This document shows positions 49,405-64,000 of a stretch of DNA of 64,000 nt, piece after piece (within the stretch, counting starts at the first letter, position 1; the number at the start of each line of letters is the position of its first letter). Source of the stretch: Octopus vulgaris (lineage: Eukaryota); the NCBI GenBank assembly GCA_951406725.2, contig CATOCA020000001.1, forward strand, positions 10,912,001 to 10,976,000, written 5' to 3'. Both the position numbers and the translations under genes were made by a program. The notes under the pieces are model-generated. The model did no database searches and was not told the origin of the DNA. It saw nothing but the letters and a program-made list of their open reading frames with translations.

Positions 49405-49910
49405 GGCCGTCCATGAACATGTATCATACATCAAAATGAAGCTGGTCCTCAGTGGATCACATCCCTTATCCACAACATAGTTGCTGTTTCTCTCAAAAGC
49501 AATGGTCTACCTTCGAATGACTGCATGTATCCCCGCCCGTGAAATTCCGGTGAGTGTTCTTTGAGCCATTTCTTCATTACCTCCACACAAATCAGATTTA
49601 GCACTTCAGACTATAATCTCTTCGGCGCAACAAAAGAGGGTTTGAGAGGCAAACATTATACCAGTGACGAGGAAGTAAGAACTGTGGTGAAGAAGTGGCT
49701 CAAAGAACATTCAACAGAATTTTACAGGGAAGGAATAATTGCTCTCATTCGAAGAAGAAACATTGCTTTTGAGAGAAACGGTAACTATATTAAAGAGTAG
49801 GGATGTGATCCACTGGGGCCAAGATTCATTTTGATGTATGATACATGTTCCTGTGTTGGTAATTCTACCTTTCCTAAACAAAATGACGTTAGTTTTCGAC
49901 GCACACTCGT
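49405..49910 (+). mobile_element. Internally deleted mariner element
   Basis: SDYNLFGATKEGLRGKHYTSDEEV..KWLKE..EFYREGIIAL..R.NIAFERNGNYI (mariner C-terminus); ~50-bp inverted repeats 49414-49465 and 49799-49850; right end ..cactcgTA. Confidence 0.85.
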
Positions 49911-50020
49911 ACGTACACACATACATAAGTACGTACACACATACCCTCATATATACATATATACATACAAACATATATACACACATGCATAAACACATTC
50001 ATACATACGTACATACATAC

Positions 50021-50790
50021 TCAAAAGGCGTATCGATTGAGGACCCTTATCAACAGTGTCAATACTTTAACGAGGCTTTTTCAACTATTTTCAAACAAGA
50101 TGATGGTCGTGAACCCCCTCCATTTGATAGATCGGTACCTCCAATGCTCCGATTTGTCATCACGCGGGACGAAGTCAAACGTGTTATTCAAGGCCTCGAT
50201 GTCAACAAGGGTCAAGGCCCTGACGGCATAAAACACACAGGTTATCAAAGCGTTGGCTCCGGTCATCTGCGAGCCCTTAACACGTCTATTCAATATGTCA
50301 TTGGCGACGGGTGTTATACCTGCGGACTGGAGAACAGCGATAATCTGCCCAATTTCGAAGAAAGGGAGCCGCGAAGGCCCGCTTAACTACCGACCGGTTT
50401 CCCTTACATCAATAATCAGCAAGATGTTCGAAACCATCCTTAAGAAAAGTATGATGCTCCACCTCCAAAACACAGCCTCATTAGCGGAAAGTGTAACCTC
50501 TCGAAAGAGCAGTTCTTCACTCCTGCTCCAGAGCGTCGGCTGCGGGGTCATTCCGAAAAGCTCTACCTGCGACGATTTCATCTCAATCGAAGGAGAGGAG
50601 CTTTCTCCGTCCGGGTTGCGGATCCGTGGAACAAGATGCCGACGACCACTTTGTTCAAAGCCTACCTTGACTTCAGGTGGCCTGAACTCTTTACATGAAC
50701 ACCACCCTGAACATAACTCTATGTCCCCCTACATGGCCTTGCTATTTGCCTTTGAGCCAAATTAACTAACTAACTAACTAACTAACTAAC
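50021..50790 (+). mobile_element. CR1-group LINE, internally deleted, (CTAA)n tail
   Basis: NKGQGPDGI, DWRTAIICPISKKG..NYRPVSLTSIISKMFE, then 3'-terminal FSVRVADPWN and a tetranucleotide tail at 50764-50790. Confidence 0.85.
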
Positions 50791-51620
50791 ATACACACAT
50801 ATACATACATACACTCATACAAACACAAATACATGTACATATACGCATATAAATACGTATATATACATATATGTACACATACATATATGCACATATACAT
50901 ACACATATACATACACACATACATACATATACATACAAACGTGCATGCGTACATATACACATACACACACACATATGTACACACATGTATACGAACATAT
51001 ATACGTACATACATATAAGCTTGCATTCATACCTACATACATTCATACATACATACATGCATACACACACACATACATACACACTTACGTACACATATTC
51101 ATGCTGCACACATACATACATTCAAACACACTCATATACATATATACACACATAAGTACATACACACATGCATAAATACATAAATATATACACACAGACA
51201 TACGTACGCACCTACATAGACACGTACATAAAACCATACATATAAACATGCATGCATAAACACAATCATACATATATACATACATACGTACACGCATATA
51301 CATGTACATACATGCATACTTACATACATACACACATACATATGTACGTAGATGCATACATACGTGCATACATACATAGGCACCTACATGCAAGTATGCA
51401 ACTATACCTATATACATACGCGCATGGAATATGTACATATACACACGTACATACTTACATAACTACATACATCAGTACACGCACATACATGCATGCATAC
51501 GTACTTACATACACGCGTAGAAACACACATACATATATACGTATGTATATATATATATGCGAGCATATATATATATACATACACACATACATATATACAT
51601 GCATGCATACATTACAAACC

Positions 51621-51662
51621 TGTCTGAGCCATTCCGCATCGTGCGTTCCGTCCCTCAAGGGT

Positions 51663-51715
<53 letters not shown>

Positions 51716-52860
51716 ATCTCCTCCATTCTGTATGTACTGACTATTGAACCATTTACTGCGGAAGCTGGGGGCGTTGATGGGTGTCTCGCGTGATCTAGTA
51801 TCTGAGAGAAATGTATCTGCTTACGCTGATGATGTCACCGTCATAGTGTCGAGCCACAGGCATATAGACCTGACAGTCGAAATACTACAGGAATATGAAG
51901 CGATAACAGGAGCAAAAATGAACCCGGAAAAGTCAGTGGACTTGCAGCTCGGCACATGGAGAGGCAAGGCCATGCGGTCCAACAGCGTCATGCTGCGCTG
52001 GACAGACGGTCCCAACAAGTTGCTCGGAGTCTGGTTTGGTCCGGACATCCGAGTGGAGAAGAACTGGGAAGAAGTGACGAAAAGGGTAGCCAAACTCACC
52101 CGGAAATAGACCAAGAGGAAGCTGTACCTGAAAGATTGGGCGGAGGTGACAAACGCGTACATGGCACCCATCATCTCCTACTGCTTCACTGTCGTCCCTT
52201 GTCCCGTTTCCTGGTTGACCAAGCTTGTGCGCTTACTCTTCCGTTTTCTGTGGAAGATGCGCATTCCACTGGTCAGGCGCTCTATCTGTTGTCAATAGCT
52301 GCTGAGTGGAGGAGTGGGCATGCCCTGGTTACTGATGCGCAGACGTGCGCTGAGGTTGCGTCATCTCCAGCCTTTCCTTGACGGTGAGCAGGTGTGATCA
52401 CCATTTGTAAGAGGCACTTTTCCACAGCTCGTCTTTTTGACTGAGCGGCAATCCTGACTGGGCGTAGTCCGAAGAAGGGCGCTTGGCACCTTGAGTGCCG
52501 TCAAGCACTCACAGTCCTCCACCATGCGGGCAATACGGTCGGTAATACTTCCACTCTAGAGTTCTAAAGAGTGCTAATGAAGGGAAAGTGCGACGACGTC
52601 CTCAGGGAAACTTTGGGTGTCGATGAAGATCAACTAACCGATCTGTTTCGCAGCACTTTCGGGCCTGAGCCTATGGATAACTTCAAGAAATCCCTTGCCT
52701 TACAGTGCTACCGAGGGGCGCTGACTGTTTGGGATAAAATTTATAGGCACGGAAATGCCGTCAGCCGGGCCCACGTGAGGTGCGCCCAGAAAGGTGAAAC
52801 TGTTCTGCACGCCCTAGTCCAGTGCCCGAATATTGCTGACCGGTTGGTTTATGTCGAACA
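51621..52860 (+). mobile_element. L1/Tx1-group LINE RT fragment
   Basis: RSVPQGC-SLS-PILYVLTIE, SAYADDVTV, GAKMNPEKS, KLLGVWFG, FLWK, GGVGMP, RCAQKGETVLHALVQC (decayed CCHC); many stops. Confidence 0.85.
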
Positions 52861-53106
52861 CCTACTGCACACACATCTCCACTGTCAAAGCATATCTGAT
52901 CAACAAAAAGCAATAAAATCGCACGGTCAGTATTTTGGGCATTCAGAATTGCTTCTTACAGCTTTGTACAGATACTCACATACATACATACATACATACA
53001 TACATACATACATACATTTATTCAAATACACATACCCACATACATTCATACATACAAGAATACATACTTAAACAGATACACGTATACATACATAGATACA
53101 TACATG

Positions 53107-53149
<43 letters not shown>

Positions 53150-53482
53150 ATAGATACAGTCATAGATTCATACAGACATAGATGAATGCATACATACATG
53201 CAAGCATACCTCCATACATGCACAAATTCATGCACACATATATACACATTCACACACATTCACACCTTCATTCATGTATACATACATATACATACACACA
53301 CATGCATACATACATACGTGCATACATACACACATACATACATATATACATGTGCGTATGTGTGTATTTGTTTACGTACATATGTATGTGTACGTATGTA
53401 TAAATGTATGCGTGTATCTATGCATGTGTGTATGTATATACAAACATTCATACATACCCACAAGCATACGCACATACATACA

Positions 53483-53745
53483 TGGTGGCTGCCCCCTCGT
53501 TATCGAGTATGGCCATTGCGCAAAAGCTTAATCAATGTTGTCATCGTGCAATGCCTGTGCAAGAAGTTTTTTAAAGTAAGGAAAGGCTGATCACTGAGTC
53601 AATCCCACTCACTAAGCGACAGCAGCCATAATCCAAAAAGAAGAACAAGTGAACATCATCGGTAACCACTGAGCCGCAGGTTTTATGTCGGAGTTATCCC
53701 AGTTACCTGAGTTACCTTCTCCTAGAAGGATGCCCTAACAAAGGC
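53483..53745 (-). mobile_element. 3' end of an RTE-related element
   Basis: tggccatactcgataacgagggggcagccaccatg(tatg)n matches the 3' terminus of the RTE at ~58300-58340. Confidence 0.55.
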
Positions 53746-56176
53746 ACAACAAATACACACACAGACACATATATACACATACACATGCTTATATAAATAC
53801 ATGCATACACCCATACATACAAATATACATGCACACATTATACAGACATACATACATATACACATGCACACATAATACAGACATACATACATATACACAT
53901 GCACACATTATACAGACATACATACATATATACATGAAGACATACATACACATATACAAACGTACACATATTCATACATACATGCACATATATATTCATA
54001 CACACCCATATATAGGTATATACATACACACACACATATAACATGCATACATACACTAATATACGTATACACTCATACGCACAAACATGCATACGAAATA
54101 AGCACATACATACATGCATAGCTATTTAAAAACACAAACAAAAACATACGCACATATATACATGCATACATACACACATGCTTGCACACATACATATATA
54201 TCCACTTACACACATGTGTGCATGTATGTGTGTGTTTGGATATCAATGTATGTGTGTATGTGTGCATGAATGAATGTATGAATGTATATGTGTATCTGCG
54301 TATGATTGTATATAGGTATGTATATGTGTATGTATGAGTTTAACACACATAGACAAACACAAACATTATACACACCTACATACATACATACCTCTATGCA
54401 CACAAACATGCATGCACACAAACATATATACATGAACACACATAGACACATACATACATATATACATGCATATATAATTACATGCATACACACATACATA
54501 CATATATACATGCACACATATATACATACACATATGCCCGCAGACATATACACATCCGTACATACTCACATACATGTATAAGCACTTACATATATACCAA
54601 CATACATGCATACATACACACATATATAGTCACATACGTACACACATACTTACACACATACACACATACATACACACTTACACGCATACATTCATACACA
54701 CATGCATACTGATATACACACACACATACAAATTACACACATACTTACATACACCCACATTCGCACATACACACACATACATTCATACAGACATATAAAT
54801 ACACATACATAAATACACATACACACATACACACACATACATATTTCCATACTTAATCACATACGTACAAACACACATGCACACGCACATACACACAAAC
54901 ATACACGCATACATTCATATATACAAAAATATATACATACATATCCACATTCGTATATATGTGTGTGTGGATGTATGTATGCGTTTTTGTATCTTTGTAT
55001 ATATTTAAGTATGTATGTATGTATGAATATATTTATGTATGTATATATGTATGTGTATGTGTGTATATATGTATGTGTATGTGTGTATATATGTATGTGT
55101 GTGTGTATGTATTTATGCGTACACATGTATGCAGACAGACAAACTTGTGAACTTACACACATAACATACATGCACACACACAAACACGCATGTACACATA
55201 TATACATACACATATACTTACATACACATACAAATAAATACGTACATATATACACATACGCACATACATAATTACACAGATACATACACACACATATATA
55301 TAAGAACACTCAAAAATACACACATACACACTTACTTAAATACACATACACACACTTACATACATACACATACATACATGCATACACACACACATACATA
55401 CACACTTACGTACACATATTCATGCTGCACACATACATACATTCATACACACGCATATACATATATACACACATAGGTACATACACACATGCATGAATGT
55501 GTTTGAGAATCTCTACGCCTTCCTCTAATTTGACCCCTCAACAACTAAAGTGTTTTTCGTTGCTCAAAACTTGTTTAGTAATCTCTCACCTATATACAGC
55601 TTCAGAACAGTTTCCTTTTGTTTTCTTTTTATATCCTTCTTTCCTTTTTGACACTAAATCCACATTTTCCAAACAATTGCAGTGGCCTCATCGAACTTAA
55701 GAACCCCAATTTACTGATGTTCAAATGTCATTTTATATATATATATTCAACTTGTAACTTGTGAATTAATTTGTATATCTAAATAAAGAAACTCTAACTA
55801 GCTTTAATAGGGTATACAGCTTTACAGCGTAACATCAATATGTTAATTTTAGATTTTAAAAAAAATCTTAATTATCATAATTTAGAGTACCATTTAACTT
55901 AAGGACAACAGGTAACATTTCATATTTTGTTGTTGTTTTTTTGTTCTTAAAATTCATTCTGAAATCCCTAAAAAGCAATAAAATCACAGAGTCAGTATTT
56001 TGGGAAACCAAAATTACTTAATACAGCTTTGCATCTGCGAAACATACAAATGTTCAGATCATTTATCACTGTTGCGGAGATTTTTTCCCACTTTCGGCTA
56101 ATAATGCTTTTAAAAAATTCTCCTTATTCATTGTCTTAATACTTTTCACAGTTCTACCCAACCATTCTCAAGGATT

Positions 56177-56597
56177 TTCCATGGGTTACAGCTCGGGCGA
56201 CGACGCTGGTCACTATATCAACCGAAATCTCTTAGGTATAATGTAATTTCTGACTTGGTACGAGGTGACATTCGGGTGGTTGTCATGCTGGAAAGTCCAA
56301 ATGCTTTCGGGCGTATGGAAGCATAGTATTATTCAATATTTCTAGATAGGTCTTACTATCCATTCGGATTATAGAACTGACGACTTTTCTAGACATACAC
56401 ACTAACAGCATCACACTTTCGCCAGGGTGCCTAATTGAAGGTTGGATGCATTTTGGGTGGAATTCTTCGCCTATATGCCTTCTTACATACTTCCTGCCAT
56501 CACTACCGAACAAGATGGACTTTGATTCGTCCGACCACAACACATTCGTCCAATCTGCTGGAGTCCATTTCAAATGTTCTTTAACAGGCAAATCGAT
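56177..56597 (-). pseudogene. Tc1-family transposase relic, copy B
   Basis: Near-identical to 47850-48270 including the frameshifts; offset 8327 bp. Confidence 0.88.
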
Positions 56598-56637
56598 TTT
56601 TCAAAAACACACAAACACACATATATGCATAGGCACT

Positions 56638-56669
<32 letters not shown>

Positions 56670-57374
56670 CATACATACATATATAAAATCATATATACAT
56701 ACATACATACAGACATACATCCACACATACAAACATACACACACACATTACATACATACAAACATACATACATGTGTGTATGTATGTACGTGTGAATGTA
56801 CTTATATATGCATGTATGCGTATATATATCTATGCGTGTACGTATATAGATATCTGTGTACATATATATATATGTGTATATATATGTATGTGTGTATGTA
56901 TGTTTTATGTACATGTATATGTACGTATGTACCTATGTATGTCTGTAGGTACATAAATTTATATATGCATACATTCTTACATCCATAAATACATTTATAC
57001 ATACATACATTCATATATACATTCAATTATACATACAAGCATAAATACATAAATAGATACATACAAACATATTTATATACATGCATTCATATATACATAC
57101 ATACATACATACATATATACATACATGTACGTACACACATACCCATATACATACACACATACATACAAACATATATACACACATACACATGCATACATAC
57201 GTACATACACATACACATATAGATACATGCACTCATACATACACAAATACATGTATATATACACATATATATACATACATATACATATATGCACACATAC
57301 ATATATGCACAAATACATACACATATACATACACAAAAACATACAATCTTACACAAAACATACAATCTTACATA

Positions 57375-57754
57375 CACTACCGTCAGAAATTAATTAGCAT
57401 CCTTGATTTGCTCTTCACTCAAGGTATGTGCTGTCACCTAGTGGCCATATCTCGAACTATTGCTTTGTTGCGAGTTCACTTTTGCGCAGAACGATGACGT
57501 AACTTTGTTTGCAGAGCAGTTGGAGAGTCTACAGCCTTATGATGTTGACATAGCAGTGCAACAACAACTTGGAGTGCTGATGCAGACAAATCTTCCTTTG
57601 TTTAATAGATATAGGTAGCACCTCGCAAGGACCGAAATCACACCATACTAAGTTTTCTCATCGCGTAAGACGTTTTGAACAGCTCATAGGTTAATTGATT
57701 TAACCTATTTAATGTAGAAATTTGAGAAGTGCTAATTAATTTCTGACGCAAGTG
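57375..57754. mobile_element. Tc1-type MITE (380 bp)
   Basis: TA-CACTACCGTCAGAAATTAATTAGCA ... TGCTAATTAATTTCTGACGCAAGTG-TA. Confidence 0.88.
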
Positions 57755-58290
57755 TACACACATACATGCACACATATGTACACACATACATATATACGGA
57801 CGTATATACGTACATACATATACGCTTGCTACATACATACATACGTACATACGCACATACATATATACATACATACGCACATACATTCATAAACACACAC
57901 ACATATGTATATACACGCATGCATACATACATAAATACATACACACAGACATACGTACGGAGATACATAGATACATACATTTAAACATACATGCATAAAC
58001 ACAGTCATGCATATATACATCCATACGTACACACATATATATGTACATACATGTATACATACACACATACATTTGCTCATAGATGCATAGATACGAGCAT
58101 GCATACATACATAGGCACCTACATGCAAGTATGCATCTATACATATATACATACACACATGCATTTCTACATATACACACATACATACACACATACATAC
58201 ATATATAAATGCATGCATACATTACAAACCTACGCACATACTTAGTTGCATACAAGCATATACATGCATGCATGTGTACATACATACATA

Positions 58291-61200
58291 CTGTACTAAC
58301 TTTTATGGCAGCCCCCTTTTTATCGAGTATGGCCATAGCACGAAGCCTAACTGTTACTGGTTCTGTGATCGAATGTGACTTTTTAGCCCAGCCAAAGATC
58401 TACAATGTCTTGTACAGAATTGGCAGCTATAACCTTTTCTGGTAATAGTCGGCTGTAGTTGTAACTGGGCTTCATGTACCTTTGCATGTCGTTTAAGTCC
58501 TCCTGATGAATTACACTCTCTTCCATGCCCGATAGATATGATTAGTATGGTGTGTTACACCACCACCAGTGGCCAGGTTGTCACTCATCTGTCTCGTTTT
58601 ATGACTACGAAGATGACTCATGAGTCCAGCTTTACTGAGGCAGGGTCTTGCACAAATATTGCATGTCAGAATCAAAGGAAGACCCTTCCCTTCTGGAAGT
58701 GTAACAGCGATGCCTTTCCTGACATATCTCCTTACTTTCTCATGTGCAACTCGAGATTTCTCAAAAGTGGCTGTCCCCTCAGGCACAATCCTTCTCCACC
58801 TGCTACGATCAATGCCTTCCCATGTGTCAGGAGAGATGCAAGCATCTCTTAAGGAAGTCTTCAGCAAGTCCTTATATCTCTTTTTTGGTTAATGTGGAGG
58901 TCGTTCTCCTTTATCTAATAGTTCTCCTTTAGCTAATCCATCTGAGCCTTTGCTTTAACACAAGATATTCTATACTTTCACACCGAGAGCCTTCGAGTAT
59001 TTCAAGATCACTGATGCGGTCATTCCACTTAATGCCATAGATCCCTCTGAGGCACATCTGATGGAAACGGTCCAGCTGTTTAAGGTGGTATCGATATGCG
59101 ACCCACGTCTCGCAGGCATAGAGAATAAAAGGGAGCACACATGCCTTGTACACCTTTATCTTTGTCTTTCTGCATATGTCTCGCCGACTCCAGAGGCGCT
59201 TTTCTAGCCTTCCGAAAGCAACACTTGCTTTCCTAATTCTATGTGGAATTTCATCATCCACATTGCCATATCTATTAATAGTGCTTCCCAGGTAGACAAA
59301 CTGATCCACTACATCAAGTCGTTACCATTCCCATAGATATTTGGTACACTATACTGCTTACCAGGGGCAGGTTGATGCATGACATCAGTTTTCTTGAAAT
59401 TGACTGTCAATCCTGAGGCAGTGCAAGCTTCAGAGAATGCATTCAAAATGTGTTGCATATCAATCTCTGTGTGTGCTACTAGCTCAAAATCATCAGCATA
59501 CAAAATGTTTTTTTATGATAGAGGTAAATATCTTTGTTTTTACAGCAAGGCGCCTGCTATTAAATATGCTGCCAGAGGTTCGATAATTGACGTAAACACC
59601 GTATCTGCAGTTTCTGAATGCAATACAGGACACCATCGCGAAATATATGGAAAATAGGGTCGGTGTCAGAATATCCCCCTGTTTCACTCCATTTTGTATT
59701 GAAATGGGCTCCGACATTTTCCCTCTAACATTCACCCTACCATTCATGTCTTCATGAAAAGATCTAACCAGACCAAAGCAAGGAACTTTTCAGGACACCC
59801 AAGTTTCTGGAGGACTTTCCACAATGCTTTTCTATTGACGTTATCACAGGCTTTTGTCAGATCGACAAAAACCTGATACAAATCCAGACCCTGTTCCACA
59901 CACTTTTCCTGAAGCCGAAAAAAGATCATATCAGCAGTGCCACATCCCACACGAAAGCCAGATTGACTTCTGGAAGAACACAGTCTGCAATGTATTTCAG
60001 CAGACGATCCAGAAGTATCCTGCATAAAACCTTTCCTACAGCAGACAGCAATGATACTCCCCTATAATTACCACAATCATTCCTGTTGCCCTTTCCCTTA
60101 TACAGGACCACCATTACTGCATCCCTCCAGTCCTCAGGTACAGATTCACTAGTCCATATCTTACCAAACAAACAGTGAAGTTTCTGCAGAAGTTTCTCAC
60201 CACCATACTGTAACAACTCCGCATGTATGCCATCCATACCCGGAGACTTCCCATTATTCAACCTTGAGACAGCCATTGCAACGTCTTCCAACTTTCGTGG
60301 TTCTGCGAGTGCTGCCTTCACAGGCAATCCAGGGATGAGATTGAGAACATCCTCACTAACTACAGACTGTTGATTCAAAAGTTCATCAAAGTGTTCTTGC
60401 CACCTTCTCAGAATTCCTTGTGAATCACGAAGAACTTCTTTACCATCCCTGCTTTGAAGTGGTGTCATCAGGGAAGACGTCGGTCCATAAACTTCTCGCA
60501 AGAGACCATACAACAGCTTTGTGTTATTGGAATCTGATGCCGCCTGTATCTCATCAGCCTTCTTACTCCACCACGTATCCCTCATCTGAGAGAGCCTTTG
60601 CCTCACACGTGATTTTACGTCCTTGAGTTCCCTATGCAACACTTCCCTTTCCTGTGACTTTGCTGACAAATAGCGTGACAAAGTACGCCTTTTATCAGCC
60701 AATAAATCATCTATATGTTCATCATTTTCTTTGAACCAATCTTGATGCTTTCTTTGTATCAATCCCAGAACTTTCCTGCCTATATCATAAACTGACTTTT
60801 TGAGGTTCGGCCAATCTTCCCCAATATCTGCAGCATTCATTTCCTCTCGTAAAGTTCTCTTCACACTATTATACCAACATTCAGTCTTTTAGGCAGGATC
60901 ATCCCTGCAGCTCGGATTTTATGTTTTGTGACTAATTTCACTGTTGCACGTCGTACTAGGCGGTGGTCAGTCCAACACTCAGCTCCACGAAGAACACGAT
61001 CACACTGCACATCCTGTCTGTCACGCACCCTAACTAGGATGTAATCCAGAATATGCCATTCTTTAGTCCTAAGCTTATTCTTTGGTTGAAACATGGTATT
61101 GGTAACACACAGACTCAGCTCTTCACACATGTGCAGCAAAAGCATGTCATTACTATTACACTTCCCCACCCCATGCTTTCCAATTACAGTCCATGTGTTA

Positions 61201-61310
61201 AGATCCCTACCCACTCTAGCATTAAAGTCACCCAGTACGATGACTTTGTCTGCCCGAGGGATATTTCTTATAATGCCCTTCAAAGCATGGTAGAAAGAAA
61301 GTTTTTGTCT
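58291..61310 (-). mobile_element. RTE-clade LINE, second family (no PHD; C-terminal C2H2 finger), 5'-truncated, frameshifted
   Basis: APE (LGDFNARVG, LDYILV, TDHRLV); RT (GKSPGMDGI, NYRGVSLL, FVDLTKA, GVKQGD, YADD, FVYLGS, YACETW); CNICARPCLSKAGLMSHLRSH. Confidence 0.93.
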
Positions 61311-62014
61311 CAGATAAAGCAACAATGTCAAGATCAAAGCGTTGAAGCTCCTTCGCAACAAAGCGCAGTCCTTCTTTCAGGACATTCAGAGGACTTAGTA
61401 GATTGATTGCATATTTCTTTCATTATTTCATCAAAGCTTTCTTAGTCCAAAAAATGCCGATATTGGAATTTTTTAAAATTCTCCCCACCTCTAGGATAAA
61501 ACTTTTTCTAAAAGAATTCCAATATAATCAGCATGTACACAATATGTCAAAAATTTTACTAAAAATATGAACCTTTCTTCCAGTTAAAAGGAGGCAAAAT
61601 CGAGGGTCATATTTGTGTAGAAATAACCCATAGATATTCGATACAGATTGTGTACGTATGAGCCAAAAATAGTTTGTGTGAGATTTGGCTGCTTTTTGTA
61701 GAATGTAGATATCCTGTTTGAAGCCCGTAGAATCGGGAGGGGTGGAGGTTGAAGCAGATTGAGATGGCAACTTCAATAGTCGGGTAGTATGATAAAAGCA
61801 CCGAGCCCATGCTGTGAGTTGGTTGATGTTAGGAAAGGCATCTAACCAGAAATAGGAGACCAAAGCAGACATTTGAGCGCAGTGCAGTCCTTGGATCCTG
61901 TCCAGTCCAAGCCAGAAAGGAACATGGATGTTAGGTGATGGCGACAATGATGATGATGTTATAAACTCTGTTGATGATGACAATCAAGGCTATAAATGTA
62001 TAAGTGTGTGTGTG

Positions 62015-62207
<193 letters not shown>

Positions 62208-62362
62208 GTATGTATGTATGTATGTGTGTATGTATAGGCGTATATGGCGCAGATTTAACTCACCCTTCCCACTTTTTTGTGAAATACGTAGAAAAGATTG
62301 GAGATAGTGATTCTGAAAAAAGTCATTGTTTGTAAAATGACATTTATTTAAAAGAAAAAAAA

Positions 62363-62819
62363 TAAACCTCACCTCCCGATTCTACGGTTCTCAACCAGGC
62401 TATCTACATGCTAGAAATAACAGCCATACCTCGAGCGAACTTTTTGGGGCACATAATTACAGCCTCTGTATCGAATGCTTTGCATTTTACCCCATGGGGC
62501 AACGGAGTCACTTCGTTACTATCATCTATCTCTTGTAGTTCCTTCTTTTCATTTTCTCTTTCTTTCTCCTTCCGTTCTGTGGAAGTGCATGGCTCAGTGG
62601 TGAGATCGTCAGGCTCACACTCTCGAGATAGTGAGATCGATTCATGGAACGGATCTGTGCACAGTGCAGTCCTTGGTTCCTGTCCAGCCCATGCCAGAAA
62701 ATAACAGGGATGTTAGATGATGATGACAATAATGATGTTATTTACTTTGTTAATGATGACAATCAAGGAAATGATGAACATGATTATAAGCAATTTAGAA
62801 TTGTTTTGTAAATGATTAT

Positions 62820-62866
<47 letters not shown>

Positions 62867-63272
62867 GTGTGTGTTAATTAGCTTGCTAACGAACGACATG
62901 GTTCCTGGTTCAGTCCCACTGCGTGCTACCTTGGGCATGTGACTTCTACTATAGCCTCAGGACGACCAAGGCCTTGTGAGTGGATTTGGTAGACGAAAAC
63001 TGAAAAAACCCATCGTATATTTATATATATATATATATACGTGTGTATGTTTGTGTGTGTGTGTTGGTTTGTGTGTGTTTGTGTGTGTGTATGTGTGTAT
63101 TTATGTTTGTGTGTCTGTGTGTGTCCCCGCAACATCGCTTGATTACCGATGCTTGTGTTTTTACGACCCCGTCTCTTAGCGTTTCGTTAAAATGAGAGAG
63201 ATTAAATAAATAAAAGGCTTTCAAAAAATATCTCCTACGGCCGATTTGCCTGTCCAAATGCGGTAAAGAACA

Positions 63273-63346
<74 letters not shown>

Positions 63347-63520
63347 GTATATGCATGTGTGTGAAGCAAAATTGAAGGGTACAATTGTGTAGGAATATCC
63401 CATAGGCGTTCGATACAGAGTATATACGTATGTTCCCAAAACAGTTTATGTGCGATTTGCTGCTTTTTCTAGCATGTGGATATCCTGTTTGAAGCCCATA
63501 GAATCGGGAGGGGAGAGGGT
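62363..63520. mobile_element. Possible TIR-bounded DNA element relic
   Basis: cctcccgattctacgg..tatctacatgctagaaataacagc (62372-62424) is an imperfect inverted repeat of gctgctttttctagcatgtggatatc..atagaatcgggagg (63459-63511); a third copy lies at 61688-61740. Confidence 0.45.
62866..63210 (+). mobile_element. SINE family A, diverged
   Basis: catggttcctggttcagtcccactgcgtgctaccttgggca..gccttgtgagtggatttggtagacg. Confidence 0.8.
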
Positions 63521-64000
63521 TGATGCAGATTTTTTTATCTTATTTTGGAAAATTTCCAGAATCATGATCTCGTTTTTTTTTATCACCTATTTTGCCCCAA
63601 AAAATTTTGGAAAGCGAAAAATGAAGAAAGGAGGGTGCAATTGAAATTTTGAATCGGTATCTCCATAACCGAAAACATGGTTCTCCGTAAAAAATACAAA
63701 AACGTGTTAGGGGTGGGTTACGTCTCCACAATGTGTACCTCACCTTACCACCAAGGTGACCAGGAGAAAAAAATTCTCGTAGCAGTTTAAGGAGGGGAGA
63801 AATGCTTCAAATTGCACCCAGCCAGGTTTCTCTCACTACTATCACATCCAAGTTTTGCGACCTGAGGTCTTTGAGGAAAATCCGTTGTTTCCAATTCGTC
63901 GCCTGGCTGCAAACATTTAAAGACCTTACGTTGAGTGTAAACATGAAGAAACAATTTGGTCTACCTTAGGTTAGAGATGGGCGTTAACCACTCACGTTTC

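Larger units (their letters stand above)
45855..58290. repeat. Long degenerate (CA/TA/CATA)n field containing TE relics and an internal direct duplication
   Basis: Direct inspection; 45860-51620 is paralogous to 54015-58230. Confidence 0.9.

Noticed and set aside
50761-50790. (CTAA)n as a telomeric repeat
   Set aside because: It is a tetranucleotide, not (TTAGGG)n, and is positioned as the 3' tail of a CR1 element.
45854-58336. Dozens of His/Thr/Tyr/Ile- or Cys/Val/Met-rich ORFs (also 4418-4932 and 36160-36686)
   Set aside because: They are translations of CA/TA/TG microsatellites, which lack stop codons in several frames.

Overview
This is AT-rich, microsatellite-dense eukaryotic DNA made almost entirely of transposable-element sequence, and I could not identify any host protein-coding gene with confidence. 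The repeat landscape looks like an octopus/coleoid cephalopod genome; that is inference, not something the sequence proves. Content: (1) One RTE-clade LINE family, present as a near full-length copy (39254-43597), three 5'-truncated copies and several 3' fragments, whose reverse transcriptase (RT) carries a C4HC3 PHD finger inserted between RT motifs 6 and 7. (2) A second RTE family with a C-terminal C2H2 finger, plus CR1, L1/Tx1 and R4/Dong-type LINE relics. (3) Penelope-like fragments with hammerhead-ribozyme (HHR) motifs. (4) Three unrelated fold-back elements with an asymmetric tail, each inside (TA)n. (5) At least four tRNA-headed SINE families, Tc1/mariner and piggyBac-like MITEs. (6) A direct duplication (about 45.9-51.6 kb vs 54.0-58.2 kb) that exposes empty insertion sites. 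Most ORFs in the supplied track are translations of microsatellites or antisense frames of LINEs. All coordinates were read by eye and ends of degenerate elements are approximate.
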